64,000 bases of DNA from an uncultured delta proteobacterium (GCA_963789265.1 CAWBKB010000007.1:96001-160000), one strand, 5' to 3'. Shown: positions 9,976 through 19,851, counted from the first letter of the stretch. Notes: generated by a model from the letters alone, not told the origin. Translations and numbers: made by a program.

Positions 9976-10809
9976 TTAGGGGCAATCATGTATTGGGCTT
10001 TCCTTGGCTCCGTGTGCCCTCAAGAGTTCTACGATTTCATCACTTGCTGCCCAATCCAGAGCAGTAGTGCAATGCATGCCGCCTACGTGATTGATATCCG
10101 GCCCCTTGTCCAACAGGGCCTGCACTATCTCTACATTACCATCCGATGCAGCGAACATCAGTGCTGTCCAACCACTGTCATCTTTGGCATTGACATCGGC
10201 TCCTTTGGCCAAAAGTAACTTCACGATCTCAAGATGTCCACTTCCCGAGGCTTCCGAGAGCGCTGTCCGTTCATACTCACCCTTGGCATTTACGTCCGCA
10301 CCCTTGGCCAATAGAATCTTAATTACCTGCAGATGACCATGTCTGGAAGCCCCCGCAAGCGCTGTCCCGATATCCTGGCCATCTATGCCCTTTTCCAGGA
10401 ACTCACGAACTTTTTCTGTATCCCCGAGCATAGCTGCTACTTCCAACGTGAGTATGGCTCCTCGTTGTTTCAGCAACTCAGCCATTCTTCGGCGACCCCA
10501 ACAAGCGGTGAGCCAGATTGCCGTTTTGCCATACCACCCTGTTGCATTGATGTCGGCCCCATTGTCCAGCAACAGATTGACAGTTTCCAGGTGATCGCCA
10601 TAGACGGCTCTAAGGAAGGCTGTGTCACCACGCTTGTCTTTCGCATTGACATCGGCCCCTTTGGCCAAAAGGTCTTGCACCTGCTTCAAGTCGCCCTTCA
10701 AAGCCGCTTCCGTTAACGCATCCTGATCATTCGCAAAGCTCTCGTAACAGAAAACTGACAAAACAATGAGCAGCGCTGTTGCCACTATGCCAATTCCGAG
10801 TCTGTGCAT
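9976..10809 (-). CDS. Secreted ankyrin repeat protein
   Basis: Signal peptide; repeated GHLEIVKLLLAKGADVNAKD..G.TAL. Confidence 0.93.
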   Translation of the reverse strand: MHRLGIGIVATALLIVLSVFCYESFANDQDALTEAALKGDLKQVQDLLAKGADVNAKDKRGDTAFLRAVYGDHLETVNLLLDNGADINATGWYGKTAIWLTACWGRRRMAELLKQRGAILTLEVAAMLGDTEKVREFLEKGIDGQDIGTALAGASRHGHLQVIKILLAKGADVNAKGEYERTALSEASGSGHLEIVKLLLAKGADVNAKDDSGWTALMFAASDGNVEIVQALLDKGPDINHVGGMHCTTALDWAASDEIVELLRAHGAKESPIHDCP

Positions 10810-10905
10810 CTATGAATCCCTCCCTCCCGCAACGTCGTCTCATGAGGGTGCAATTGTTCAGCTAAGTGGATGACCCCACTACTATTCGACGAAAGGGGTC
10901 GGAAA

Positions 10906-10986
10906 GGGGTCAGATCTATTCTTAACTCATTTCCGAGCCGCTTGACAGGAAGCCACCCGCAGAATATGAGTTAAGAGCAGACTTGA
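10906..10986. repeat. Family I palindromic repeat, interrupted by IS110 (continues at 12502)
   Basis: GGGGTCAGATCTATTCTTAACTCATTTCCGAGCC...AAGAGCAGACTTGA then IS, then CCCCTCG. Confidence 0.85.
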
Positions 10987-11058
10987 TAATCATAAAAAGG
11001 CACCTCTGAGTCGGGAATGTGGTATCCCCGACTTGCCATTAACCGTAGGAGGTGCCCG

Positions 11059-12078
11059 ATGGAAGTATATGCGGCGCTTGATCTTCATGCAAGCAACAGT
11101 TATCTGGCGGTGGTAGAGCGAGAAGGAAAGAGGGTGTTCAACAGGAGGCTTGTTAATGATTCGGCTGTTCTCTTGAATGCCCTTGAACCTTACAAGGAAG
11201 GTATGCAAGGCATAGCAGTGGAATCCACCTTCAACTGGTACTGGGTTGTGGATGCGATGATGGAAGCGGGATACCGAGTGCATTTGGCCAATCCTACCGC
11301 TATACAAAAATACAGTGGAATGAAACATTCCGATGACAATAGCGATGCATTTTGGTTGGCGGAAATGTTACGCTTAGGCATTCTACCTGAGGGATATATA
11401 TATCCACGGGAAGAGCGCCCGGTGAGAGACCTGCTACGCAAACGGATGCATCTGGTCAAGCTGAGAACCTCACTTATTAACAGCCTGCAAAATATCCTCG
11501 CTCGTAGTATGGGCGTGAAGATTGGGGCCGCCAAGATAAAACAACTGACTAATGATCTTGTTTCACCGCTCTTGGAGCAGGACGAGAACCTGGCTCTGAC
11601 CGGCCAGGTGAGCAAGCAGAGCATAGATTTCCTCACGCGACAAATCAAGAAGGTTGAAAAGAAGGTTCAAGGGAAAATCGAATTGAAGAAGGAATATGCT
11701 TGCCTGACGACCATCTCCGGCGTGGGGGTTATCCTGTCGCTCACCATCATGCTTGAAACAGGCCCCATAAGTCGTTTTCAGGCTGCGGGGAACTATGCGT
11801 CCTATTGCAGAAAGGTTCCGACTCGCTGGACCAGCAACGGGAAGAGCAAGGGAACAGGTAACAAGAAGAATGGCAACAAGTACTTGGCATGGGCCTTTTC
11901 CGAAGCTTCGGAACTCGCCCGGCGCTTTGATCCGGCAATCAGAGCCTGGTTCGATCGGAAGGTATCCAGGACCAACCGTATGTGCGCTCACGCCGCGCTG
12001 GGCCACAAACTGGCACGAGCGGCGTATTATATCATGAGGGACCAAGTTCCCTTTGACAACAAGAGGCTTATTGGTTAG
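11059..12078 (+). CDS. IS110 family transposase (DEDD RuvC-like recombinase)
   Basis: AALDLH, AVEST, KHSDDNSDA, TISGVG, SYCRKVP...SNGK, GNKYLAWAFSEA; AGGAGG RBS. Confidence 0.95.
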   Translation: MEVYAALDLHASNSYLAVVEREGKRVFNRRLVNDSAVLLNALEPYKEGMQGIAVESTFNWYWVVDAMMEAGYRVHLANPTAIQKYSGMKHSDDNSDAFWLAEMLRLGILPEGYIYPREERPVRDLLRKRMHLVKLRTSLINSLQNILARSMGVKIGAAKIKQLTNDLVSPLLEQDENLALTGQVSKQSIDFLTRQIKKVEKKVQGKIELKKEYACLTTISGVGVILSLTIMLETGPISRFQAAGNYASYCRKVPTRWTSNGKSKGTGNKKNGNKYLAWAFSEASELARRFDPAIRAWFDRKVSRTNRMCAHAALGHKLARAAYYIMRDQVPFDNKRLIG

Positions 12079-12470
12079 ACGACTGGCGTAGGCGGCGACC
12101 CTGAGTAGGGGTTGGAAAAACCACCAGATTTGATTGGGCAGCCGCCTACCCCACAGATCCGGGGAGCCGGACTCTTTGCCGCCCATGCTGTGAGCCACTA
12201 AAGGGTTGGTTCAAAACCATGAGATTTGTCCTATTCCTCTTGGACACAGCATGGAACCGAAGATTTTCTGGTCCGCAATAAGCGGAAGGGGCAGGACCTC
12301 TAAGGTCCATGCCTTGATCCTGATGGGTGACTGGTGCGGTGAGGATAACTACCGACACCACCTGAGAGAAGTACCGGCAAAGGCGAAGAGCAGGCGCTGA
12401 CGGACGCTGTGCGAAACACGGCCGTACTCTCAGCAAGGAAACGATTCTTTCCTTGCTACAGGAGAGTCTT
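12079..12470 (+). ncRNA. Putative bridge/seek RNA in the IS 3' non-coding end
   Basis: Stem-enclosed loops contain AGGGGT and CAGATTTGA, matching the target CAGACTTGA|CCCCT; ATGGGTGA resembles the donor end ATGGGCGA. Confidence 0.7.
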
Positions 12471-12601
12471 TTCCCTTGACAGAGGGCCTTTTAATGGGCG
12501 ACCCCTCGTCCAGCAGCGGTGCAAAAAAAACTTCTTTTTCGTGTCCGTCAGCCGTCCCCGCCTTCCAACACATACAAATTCAGCGATTTTGCCGTTTACC
12601 G

Positions 12602-14899
12602 TTATTCTATCGACGGCTTCAGCTCCGGGACCGTTTTCCACTGATTGACATAAGTCATGATCGCGGCCATCACCAACGGAATGACGCCGAACGCGATAAA
12701 GACACTGTCACCGGGCAAGCGTATCCATTCAATTGTCCTTGCAAACCCCTGGTTAAGGTAGGTAAGCCCGCGCGCATGCCAGTACCCGTGGACCAGTACG
12801 TTGTGCAACTGCAGGATGCCGCCCGGGAAAAGAGTGCACACGATCATAAGCGCCAACCCAATGTTCAAACCCCAAAAGGATACGCGTATGTATTTTTCAA
12901 TGCGCGCCCATTGCATGTCTGTTGACGCCTGGCGAAAGGCAAGGACCATGAGGGCTACCGCCTCCATACCGAATACGCCCATTAGCGCAGCGTGACCGTG
13001 GTTTGGCGTAAGCATCGTGCCCACTTCGAAATAACTTACGATGGGCAGATTGATCAGAAACCCGAAGATGCCTGCACCGACGAAATTCCAAAAGCCTACG
13101 GCCATCAGGAAATAGAACGTCCATTTATGCGGGATGGCGATCGGTTTTCCACAGACGTCGCACGTGCCCCTGGTCAACTTGATGAAGTCCCAGGCATCCA
13201 GCGTCAAAAGGGTTAGCGGGACAACTTCCATGGCCGAAAATAAGGAGGAAAGGGCGAGGTTTACATTGGTCTGGCCCGTCCAATACCAGTGATGGCCTGT
13301 GCCGATGATTCCGCTTCCCAGAAACAGGATGGCATCCAGGTAGATAACCCTGACCGCTGTATTGCGCGCGACCATGCCCAGCCTGTAAAAGGTGACGGCT
13401 ACCATCGTCGTTACAAAAAGTTCGAAGAAGCCCTCGACCCACAGGTGGATGATCCAGAAACGCCAGTTGTCAACAATGGAATACTCCGTGGTACTTTTGA
13501 AGAAGAAGGCCGGCAGGTAGAAGACGGGGATCGTCAAGGCCGATATCATGAAAAGCCACGATATTTCCTTGCGCTCAGGATCTTGGAGGGCGGGCGTAAT
13601 CGCCCGGTACACCAGGATGGCCCAAAGCACCAGTCCCAGGGCGAGAAGGATTTGCCAACCCCGGCCGAGGTCCAGATACTCCCAACCCTGGTGCCCAAAC
13701 CAGAACCAGAATTTGCCGAGGAGTTGATCGATGCCCAGCAGTTCTCCCAGAAGACTTCCGCCAACAACTATCACCAGCGCCCAGAAAAGCAGGTTTATTC
13801 CCTTCACCTGCCCCTTGGGTTCGTATTCTCCCAAAGCGCTGCCAAGCAGCAGGCCGCCCCCCACAAAGGCTGTAGCAATCCAGAAAATGGCCAACTGAAG
13901 GTGCCAGGTTCGCAGGATAATGCTCGGAAACACATCGTATAAAGGAATCCCGTAGAAGCTTCCCGGCTCTGCCCTGAAGTGCGCGGTAGCCCCGCCTACA
14001 AGCACTTGCGCCAGGAAAAGGAGGGAGACCACAAGGAAAAACTTGATGGTCGCTCTCTGGGTCTCACCAGCCCTGCCGGGCAACATTTGCGGATGGATGT
14101 GCGGCCTTGCTCCCCTCCAGCCAAGGTAATCGAATCTGCCGAAGGCAAACAACACCACAGCCGTGCCGACAAGAAGAGCAATAAGGCTTATGGCGCTCCA
14201 GAGCACGGCGTTACCTGGCGGAACATTGCCCACCAGCGGGTCGTAGGGAAAATTGTTGGTGTAAGTTACCGAGCCGCCCGGGCGGTTTACCACCGAAGCC
14301 CAGGCTGCCCAAGCAAAAAATGCCGTAAGTTCCTTCAGTTCTTTGGGATTGCTGATATAGTCGGGCCTAAGTCCGCCGTTCAGGTCTGGCGAGGAGAAAT
14401 AATGTGTCCACAGGCCCACCTGCTCCTTGTAAGAATTCGCCTCCGGGTCGGTGAAAACCAGTGTTCGGGTCCTCGGGTCGTAGCGGTTTTGTTTCAGAAG
14501 GAGTCTGACTTTGTCTTCAACGGTCGCCCGCTCTCCTCGTGACGGTTGGTTCACGTCGTGGCCGAAGAGCTTTTGAGCCATGGTATTTGCAGCTTCGACG
14601 CCAAGGGTGTGAAGGTAAGCTGCCGAAAAATCCGGTCCGAGGTAGGCCCCATGCCCCCAGAGAGTACCATTTTCCATGAGCCCGTACTTCTCAAACACCT
14701 TCTGGCCTGCCAGGATTTCTTGCCCGGTCAAAAGTGTCTTCCCCGAGGTGGTCACTATTTTCTCTGGAATCGGCGGAGCGTCGCGGTAGGCAAGGACTGC
14801 AACCAGAATCAGGACTGAAAACCCCGCCAGCACTACGAGAATTACCGCACGCACCCACCAGGGTGATAGTCCTTCATCCATTTTTTCAGCAGGTGTCAT
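12602..14899 (-). CDS. norB: Quinol-dependent nitric oxide reductase (qNor)
   Basis: WGHGAYLGPDF, WIIHLWVEGFFE, GTGHHWYW, HGHAALMGVFG. Confidence 0.95.
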   Translation of the reverse strand: MTPAEKMDEGLSPWWVRAVILVVLAGFSVLILVAVLAYRDAPPIPEKIVTTSGKTLLTGQEILAGQKVFEKYGLMENGTLWGHGAYLGPDFSAAYLHTLGVEAANTMAQKLFGHDVNQPSRGERATVEDKVRLLLKQNRYDPRTRTLVFTDPEANSYKEQVGLWTHYFSSPDLNGGLRPDYISNPKELKELTAFFAWAAWASVVNRPGGSVTYTNNFPYDPLVGNVPPGNAVLWSAISLIALLVGTAVVLFAFGRFDYLGWRGARPHIHPQMLPGRAGETQRATIKFFLVVSLLFLAQVLVGGATAHFRAEPGSFYGIPLYDVFPSIILRTWHLQLAIFWIATAFVGGGLLLGSALGEYEPKGQVKGINLLFWALVIVVGGSLLGELLGIDQLLGKFWFWFGHQGWEYLDLGRGWQILLALGLVLWAILVYRAITPALQDPERKEISWLFMISALTIPVFYLPAFFFKSTTEYSIVDNWRFWIIHLWVEGFFELFVTTMVAVTFYRLGMVARNTAVRVIYLDAILFLGSGIIGTGHHWYWTGQTNVNLALSSLFSAMEVVPLTLLTLDAWDFIKLTRGTCDVCGKPIAIPHKWTFYFLMAVGFWNFVGAGIFGFLINLPIVSYFEVGTMLTPNHGHAALMGVFGMEAVALMVLAFRQASTDMQWARIEKYIRVSFWGLNIGLALMIVCTLFPGGILQLHNVLVHGYWHARGLTYLNQGFARTIEWIRLPGDSVFIAFGVIPLVMAAIMTYVNQWKTVPELKPSIE

Positions 14900-14996
14900 C
14901 TTTTCTCCCTCCTTGATTACACTTCCGGTTCCTTTCTCAATCAGAAAGCGTTCTGCACCAACCCTCTGTGACCTCAACGTATTGCAAGATGAAAAC

Positions 14997-15082
14997 GGGG
15001 TCAAATCTATTCTTAACTCATTTCCGAGCCACTTGATAGGAAGCCACCCGCGGAATATAAGTCAAGAGCAGACTCGCCCCCC
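14997..15082. repeat. Family I palindromic repeat
   Basis: GGGGTCAAATCTATTCTTAACTCATTTCCGAGCC...AAGAGCAGACTCGCCCC. Confidence 0.85.
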
Positions 15083-15134
15083 CGTCATGCGCTTCTTGAT
15101 TTCTCGCCGATCAGATGAGGTCATCCCAAGTTCC

Positions 15135-15485
15135 TCATGGGTGTGGAGTTATTGCTATGATCATAATTTGGTCTATTCCGGGACCGTAGCACCAGAAAAG
15201 TCGGTAAGCACCAGGGGTACTCTGCTGAACATACGCCTCGAACACTTTGCTTCCGGGCGTATGAGGGTGTCGCTTGGAATGGAATTCATGGGTGTTCAAT
15301 CCTGAGTGCCGAGGGTTTTCTTTTAAGAGATCAACACATTTCTTCACTTGCTTGAAAAGACCTTCGGAACGAGATACTTTGGGCCTCCCCTTCCTTTGTC
15401 TGGCTTCTAACGATGAAATGGCCTCAGCTTTCAGCCGGTCGTAGGTCTCTCGTGCCTTTTGCGTCCAAACAAGGGTGAACGCCAT
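15135..15485 (-). CDS. RelE-like toxin (putative)
   Basis: LLKENPRHSGLNTHEF...FEAYVQQSTPGAYRLFWCYGP...IIAITPHP; directly follows an AbrB-like gene. Confidence 0.7.
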   Translation of the reverse strand: MAFTLVWTQKARETYDRLKAEAISSLEARQRKGRPKVSRSEGLFKQVKKCVDLLKENPRHSGLNTHEFHSKRHPHTPGSKVFEAYVQQSTPGAYRLFWCYGPGIDQIMIIAITPHP

Positions 15486-15486
15486 C

Positions 15487-15753
15487 CTAATCCTCAAGCT
15501 GATCCACTAGGGCTTGATCAGCATGTAGATCAGGGGGAGGGCTGAACGTCCCTGCTTCGGCTTGCTCTAAACCGATCTCGAGCAGAGCCTTGGCTTCAGG
15601 ATTCTTATAAAGCCAAAGCTCCCTCTCCGGTATGACTGCAGCGAGTTCCAGTTTAAACTCCGTTTCGCCAATCTTTTCAAAGAGGACCGTCTTATTGGCG
15701 AACTCTTTGCCGAGATTGATTCGACCTCGTGAATCTACTTTCCTCGTTTCCAT
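15487..15753 (-). CDS. AbrB/MazE-like antitoxin
   Basis: KVDSRGRINLGKEFA...IPERELWLYKNPEA. Confidence 0.75.
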   Translation of the reverse strand: METRKVDSRGRINLGKEFANKTVLFEKIGETEFKLELAAVIPERELWLYKNPEAKALLEIGLEQAEAGTFSPPPDLHADQALVDQLED

Positions 15754-15952
15754 GATGGTGTGTCTCCTTAGACCCAGGATATCATCAGAGCTTACCCGCG
15801 TCAAATGGGTAGATGGGCTAAACCCACATCGATAGGACATTCCAGCTAAGGCGTGTGTTCCTTCTTGATTCCACCGCTTGGAAATCGTTTCTGCCAAAGG
15901 GGTCACATCTGCTCATGGCTCCTTTGTGAAAAGGGGAAAAGGGGTCAAAAAG

Positions 15953-16037
15953 GGGGCAGTTCCACTCTTAACTCATTTTCGAGCCGCTTGATAGGGAGCC
16001 ACCCGCAGAATATGAGTCAAGAGCAGACTTGACCCCT
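15953..16037. repeat. Family I palindromic repeat (empty IS110 target)
   Basis: ...CTCTTAACTCATTTTCGAGCCGCTTGATAGG...AAGAGCAGACTTGACCCCT. Confidence 0.85.
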
Positions 16038-16215
16038 CGCCCAGCTTCGTTTCAATATTCACACCCCGCACGCTGTATGTCAACCTGTAGCTCGTGTAGG
16101 ATGGGGTGAATTCCGTATCTTGCGGATTGAACCGTCAGGCGTGTCGCGGGACTCGCGCCAGACTCGAATGATGCGGTTTCCTCCGTTCGCGACATCCTAC
16201 CAATGCCTCAAAGCT

Positions 16216-16773
16216 TTACAAGAAGGGGTTTTTTTCATCAGTCCATACCAGACGGCATTCAAAACCCTTCAGCTTTGTAGCCTTAACCCGCTCGACGAAA
16301 TCATCAGTGACTAAGACATCCATTAAAACCGCCTGCGGGATCTTGAACACCTTTAGGCCTACAAGACGATTTGGGAAAAAAGAATAACGGACGATATACA
16401 TGATTCTGCCGCTGCTGAACCGCTTCACTTGAGAATTCTCTTCATTCAACGTATCAACAACGCGAGTTACATTAAACAAAAAATAGTCTTCGCCATCGCA
16501 GGTTATGGGCAGGAGTTCCCCGTTTCCTTCCAGCATATCAGCTAAGGCATTCACAGCTTTACGATTAAATACTGGAATGTGGCTGCTCAAGCCTGGAAAA
16601 TCTCCAACCAAACGAGGAGCCTTGTAGAATTCAAATTTTCGTTCTTTGCCCGTCCAAGTATACTTTATTGTCCTGCCATCGAAACGCCGGCTGAACTCCA
16701 CAATGCCCTTCTCACTGCCATACAATAGGCTTCGATACTTATTGACATCTGGGCGAAGTACATAAACTTTCAT
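16216..16773 (-). CDS. Imm11/DUF1629-like immunity protein
   Basis: GDFP...PVFNRKAV..L....ELLPI....YFLFNVT..VD.L...S....V.DDF.......LKG; immediately downstream of an AHH toxin. Confidence 0.75.
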   Translation of the reverse strand: MKVYVLRPDVNKYRSLLYGSEKGIVEFSRRFDGRTIKYTWTGKERKFEFYKAPRLVGDFPGLSSHIPVFNRKAVNALADMLEGNGELLPITCDGEDYFLFNVTRVVDTLNEENSQVKRFSSGRIMYIVRYSFFPNRLVGLKVFKIPQAVLMDVLVTDDFVERVKATKLKGFECRLVWTDEKNPFL

Positions 16774-16783
16774 GAATCGCCTC

Positions 16784-17625
16784 CTATTTAGGGAACGTGC
16801 CTTTGGACAGTCTGCTGCGGATGTCTTTCAGGATCGCATCGCTTCCTCTCTTGTGGAGGCCTGGGACAGCAAGTTCTCAACTTCCTGGTAATACTTGGTT
16901 GTGTGGACCCCCGGATGATAGACGCCCATGCCAGCCCCTGTCTTGTACGGCAGCGGGATCTCATTTTCAATATCATCAATCTTGATTCCGAAATTGTCGA
17001 GTATCTCACCAGACTTTCCGGCTCGTGGAGCACTTTCGGCCACAATATGGTGTGAAGCATGACCTTCCGGCTTAGGAATTCCGGCTTTCTCGAGGTTCTT
17101 TCCAAGTGTTCTCGATGAGCCGATAAAGGGTAGCCAACTGGTTAACGTGTCCCAAGTATCCTGAAATACTTGCCATAATTTGGCCGCGGCTTCTGCCTGT
17201 CTGTAAGCCGCCAATACCCCTTTTCCAAAGCCTTGCGCATAAGGAGAATTGTCGTTGGGATCACACGGAGGCAACTTTTCTTTGTTCCAGATGAGTTTTT
17301 GGGCGGTGTAGTATCCCTCCCAATAACTCGGATCATCCTCGGGTCTGCCTTCTGTCTTCGAGCGGCTAGCCCCTTTTGCATCTACATCTCTTCCCAACAC
17401 GACTGATTTGTCTTGTGTCTGCGAGTTTGCTTCCGTTCCAAAATGCTTCTTCACCGATTTCAGCAAATCCGCTACAGGCCCGCTTTCGTACTTGAGTGCC
17501 CTGTCCACATATCTGTCGACTTCTTTCGGATCTATCCGATTTTCATTTCTTGCTCCTCTGCGGCTTCAGCTATACTCCGGGTGGGTAGCGAACCACCATC
17601 GCCGTTGGTCCTCGGTTTCAATCAT
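16784..17625 (-). pseudogene. Polymorphic toxin with a C-terminal AHH (HNH/EndoVII-fold) nuclease; in-frame TGA at codon 20 and a frameshift near 16838
   Basis: AGGAG RBS; MIETEDQRRWWFATHPEYS*SRRG...in frame with the 17508 ORF; GHASHHIV...IDDIEN...LP...HPGVHTTKYY; tail ILKDIRSRLSKGTFPK* in a shifted frame. Confidence 0.75.
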
Positions 17626-17791
17626 CCATTATTCTCCTGTCATCAAAGTGCAAATGTGAGACCACAAGTGAGGCGGATGAATTAAGGCTCGTTACTGAGT
17701 TGATTTAGCGAGATATTTGAGAATAAATGAGGTTAAGATTTATTTGGACTAATCTGAGGACTAGCTAATATAATTAGGCCCCTCTACTTTA

Positions 17792-17819
17792 ATGGTATCA
17801 TAGAGAGCCTACGCGTCAA
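17792..17819 (-). promoter_or_regulatory. Sigma70-like promoter of the toxin-immunity pair
   Basis: TTGACG-16 bp-TACCAT with an extended -10 TG. Confidence 0.5.
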
Positions 17820-18108
17820 TGATTCAATAGAAAACTTAAGCCACGCCAGATTTTGTAAAGGCTGGAGCCTCGGTCGGTTTAAGATTTGCTTGTCCGAAGC
17901 GAACGGCATCGCTTCCGAAGCGATCAAGATAATTCGGTGGCAGCAGCTATCCGGGAGCTTACCTTAAGAGTACAGAGTTCTTTCGCGAGATCGGCTTGCC
18001 GGGCCGACCCCGGCATCATGGGTTACCGGGCAGATCCTGGTAACCCGGGCAAAAAATCGTTTAATCCACATCTCACCCGAAATCCCAAACACGAACAACG
18101 AAACAGTC

Positions 18109-19407
18109 TTACGGGTTATCTCCTTGTCCCCCTTCTATGGCAGTCGGCCGCTCATGAACATCCCACATATCTGCATCGGTGAAGCAGCGCTCACTCTCGT
18201 CGGGTCGCATGGCATCCTTCTCCATCTTTCGGCGATCATAACTCGGATCAAGGACCTGATTATAGTATTCGTGCTGGATAAGCAGATTCATGATCTGGCT
18301 GGTGCCGGTCCATATCATGGCAAGTCGTGTGTCTCTGACGGCCCGTTCTATCGGGTAAACATCGGTATAACCGATTCCTCCCATGATCTGCATCGCGTTG
18401 TTTACCACGTTCCATGCCGCCTGAGTGGCAAAGCTCTTGGCCTCGCTGACAAGGCGCCTCGCGTAAGGATAGTTGTTATCCACCGCACGTGCTGCGCAAT
18501 ATGCTAGTCCACGAGCTGCATCCAGTTGCGTAATGGACTCGGCAACCATGAAGTTGACGGCCTGAAACTCTCGGATGTGTTTGCCGAAGGCTTTCCGCCG
18601 ATTGGAATACCTTACCGCCAGGTCAAGAGCGCCCCAAATGCCCAGACAACCTGCCGCCGAGGTCAGACGTTCCGGGATCATCATTTGGTTAAAGCAGGCC
18701 GCACCGCTGTGTAGTTCGCCGATAAGGTTTTCCTTCGGCACTTTGACATCCCTGAAGACCAGTCGTCCGGTCCCGCCTCCCTTGCACCCCATCAGTCCAT
18801 ACAGGTACTCTGTTTCCACGCCGGGGCCCTTCTCCACGATTAACAGACTCAGTCGATTGTACTTGTGGCAATTGGGCTCGAAATTGGTCCGGCAATAAAC
18901 CACGAAAAAGTCAGCGCCTTCGGCTCCCACCACGAACCGCTTTTGTCCGGTGAGAACAAAGTGATCGCCATCGAGAACCGCCTTAGTAGTGGCGCCAAAA
19001 AAGTCAGATCCTCCCCTTGGTTCGGTCAAAGCCTCGGCAGCTACGAATTTCCCTTCGACATAGGGTTTGAGATACTTTTCTTTTTGTTCTTCCGTACCGA
19101 ACTTATTCAGGGCTTCCCCCACGATGGAAGGCATTACAAATGCACATCCGAGAGCCATGCCAAGACAACCGATCTCTTCAGTGGCTGCCACTTCAGCCAC
19201 CCAGGACATGCCTCTTCCTCCATAACGCTCGGGGAACCGAATTCCTCGGAGATTGCGTTTGGCCAGTTTTTCCACGAACTCGCGAGGATAGGTGATTTCA
19301 TCTTTATCCATCTGCCTCAAGAACTCGCTTGTCACTTCCGCACGTACAAAATCGCGTGCCTCCTGCTTCAAAGCCTGCTCTTCAGGTGTAAGCAAGAAAT
19401 CGTACAT
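18109..19407 (-). CDS. Acyl-CoA dehydrogenase
   Basis: ALTEPRGGSD, LTGQKRFV, RKAFGKHIREFQAV, QIMGGIGY, IWTGTSQI. Confidence 0.95.
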   Translation of the reverse strand: MYDFLLTPEEQALKQEARDFVRAEVTSEFLRQMDKDEITYPREFVEKLAKRNLRGIRFPERYGGRGMSWVAEVAATEEIGCLGMALGCAFVMPSIVGEALNKFGTEEQKEKYLKPYVEGKFVAAEALTEPRGGSDFFGATTKAVLDGDHFVLTGQKRFVVGAEGADFFVVYCRTNFEPNCHKYNRLSLLIVEKGPGVETEYLYGLMGCKGGGTGRLVFRDVKVPKENLIGELHSGAACFNQMMIPERLTSAAGCLGIWGALDLAVRYSNRRKAFGKHIREFQAVNFMVAESITQLDAARGLAYCAARAVDNNYPYARRLVSEAKSFATQAAWNVVNNAMQIMGGIGYTDVYPIERAVRDTRLAMIWTGTSQIMNLLIQHEYYNQVLDPSYDRRKMEKDAMRPDESERCFTDADMWDVHERPTAIEGGQGDNP

Positions 19408-19616
19408 CAGTACCTCCTTTTTTCCCTTCTTCACGGAAACCGCTGCATATCGCTTCAAAGTTAGCGGTTACCTGGTTCCTGTCAATCAGAACCGGTCGAG
19501 ATGGATGCATGAGCGGGGATTACCTGCTGTTGATTGATTTGTCAATCAATTCTTTCGGCTGCCACGCCAGCAACCTGTTCTTTGGAAAATACGGTCTCGT
19601 ATTCTGGTTCAACAGC

Positions 19617-19851
<235 letters not shown>

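Larger units (their letters stand above)
10985..12501 (+). mobile_element. IS110-family (IS1111-type) insertion sequence
   Basis: GA core at both ends (10985-6 and 12500-1); subterminal inverted repeats AAAAGGCACCTCTG / CAGAGGGCCTTTT; removing it restores CAGACTTGACCCCTCG, as in the empty repeat at 16024. Confidence 0.9.

Noticed and set aside
9815..16040. CRISPR array or integron attC array
   Set aside because: Spacing is 1-4 kb and contains whole genes; no cas or intI gene; no RYYYAAC/GTTRRRY core sites.
17566..17568. Selenocysteine at the in-frame TGA
   Set aside because: The context suggests Trp (TGG to TGA); there is no redox motif and no evident SECIS.
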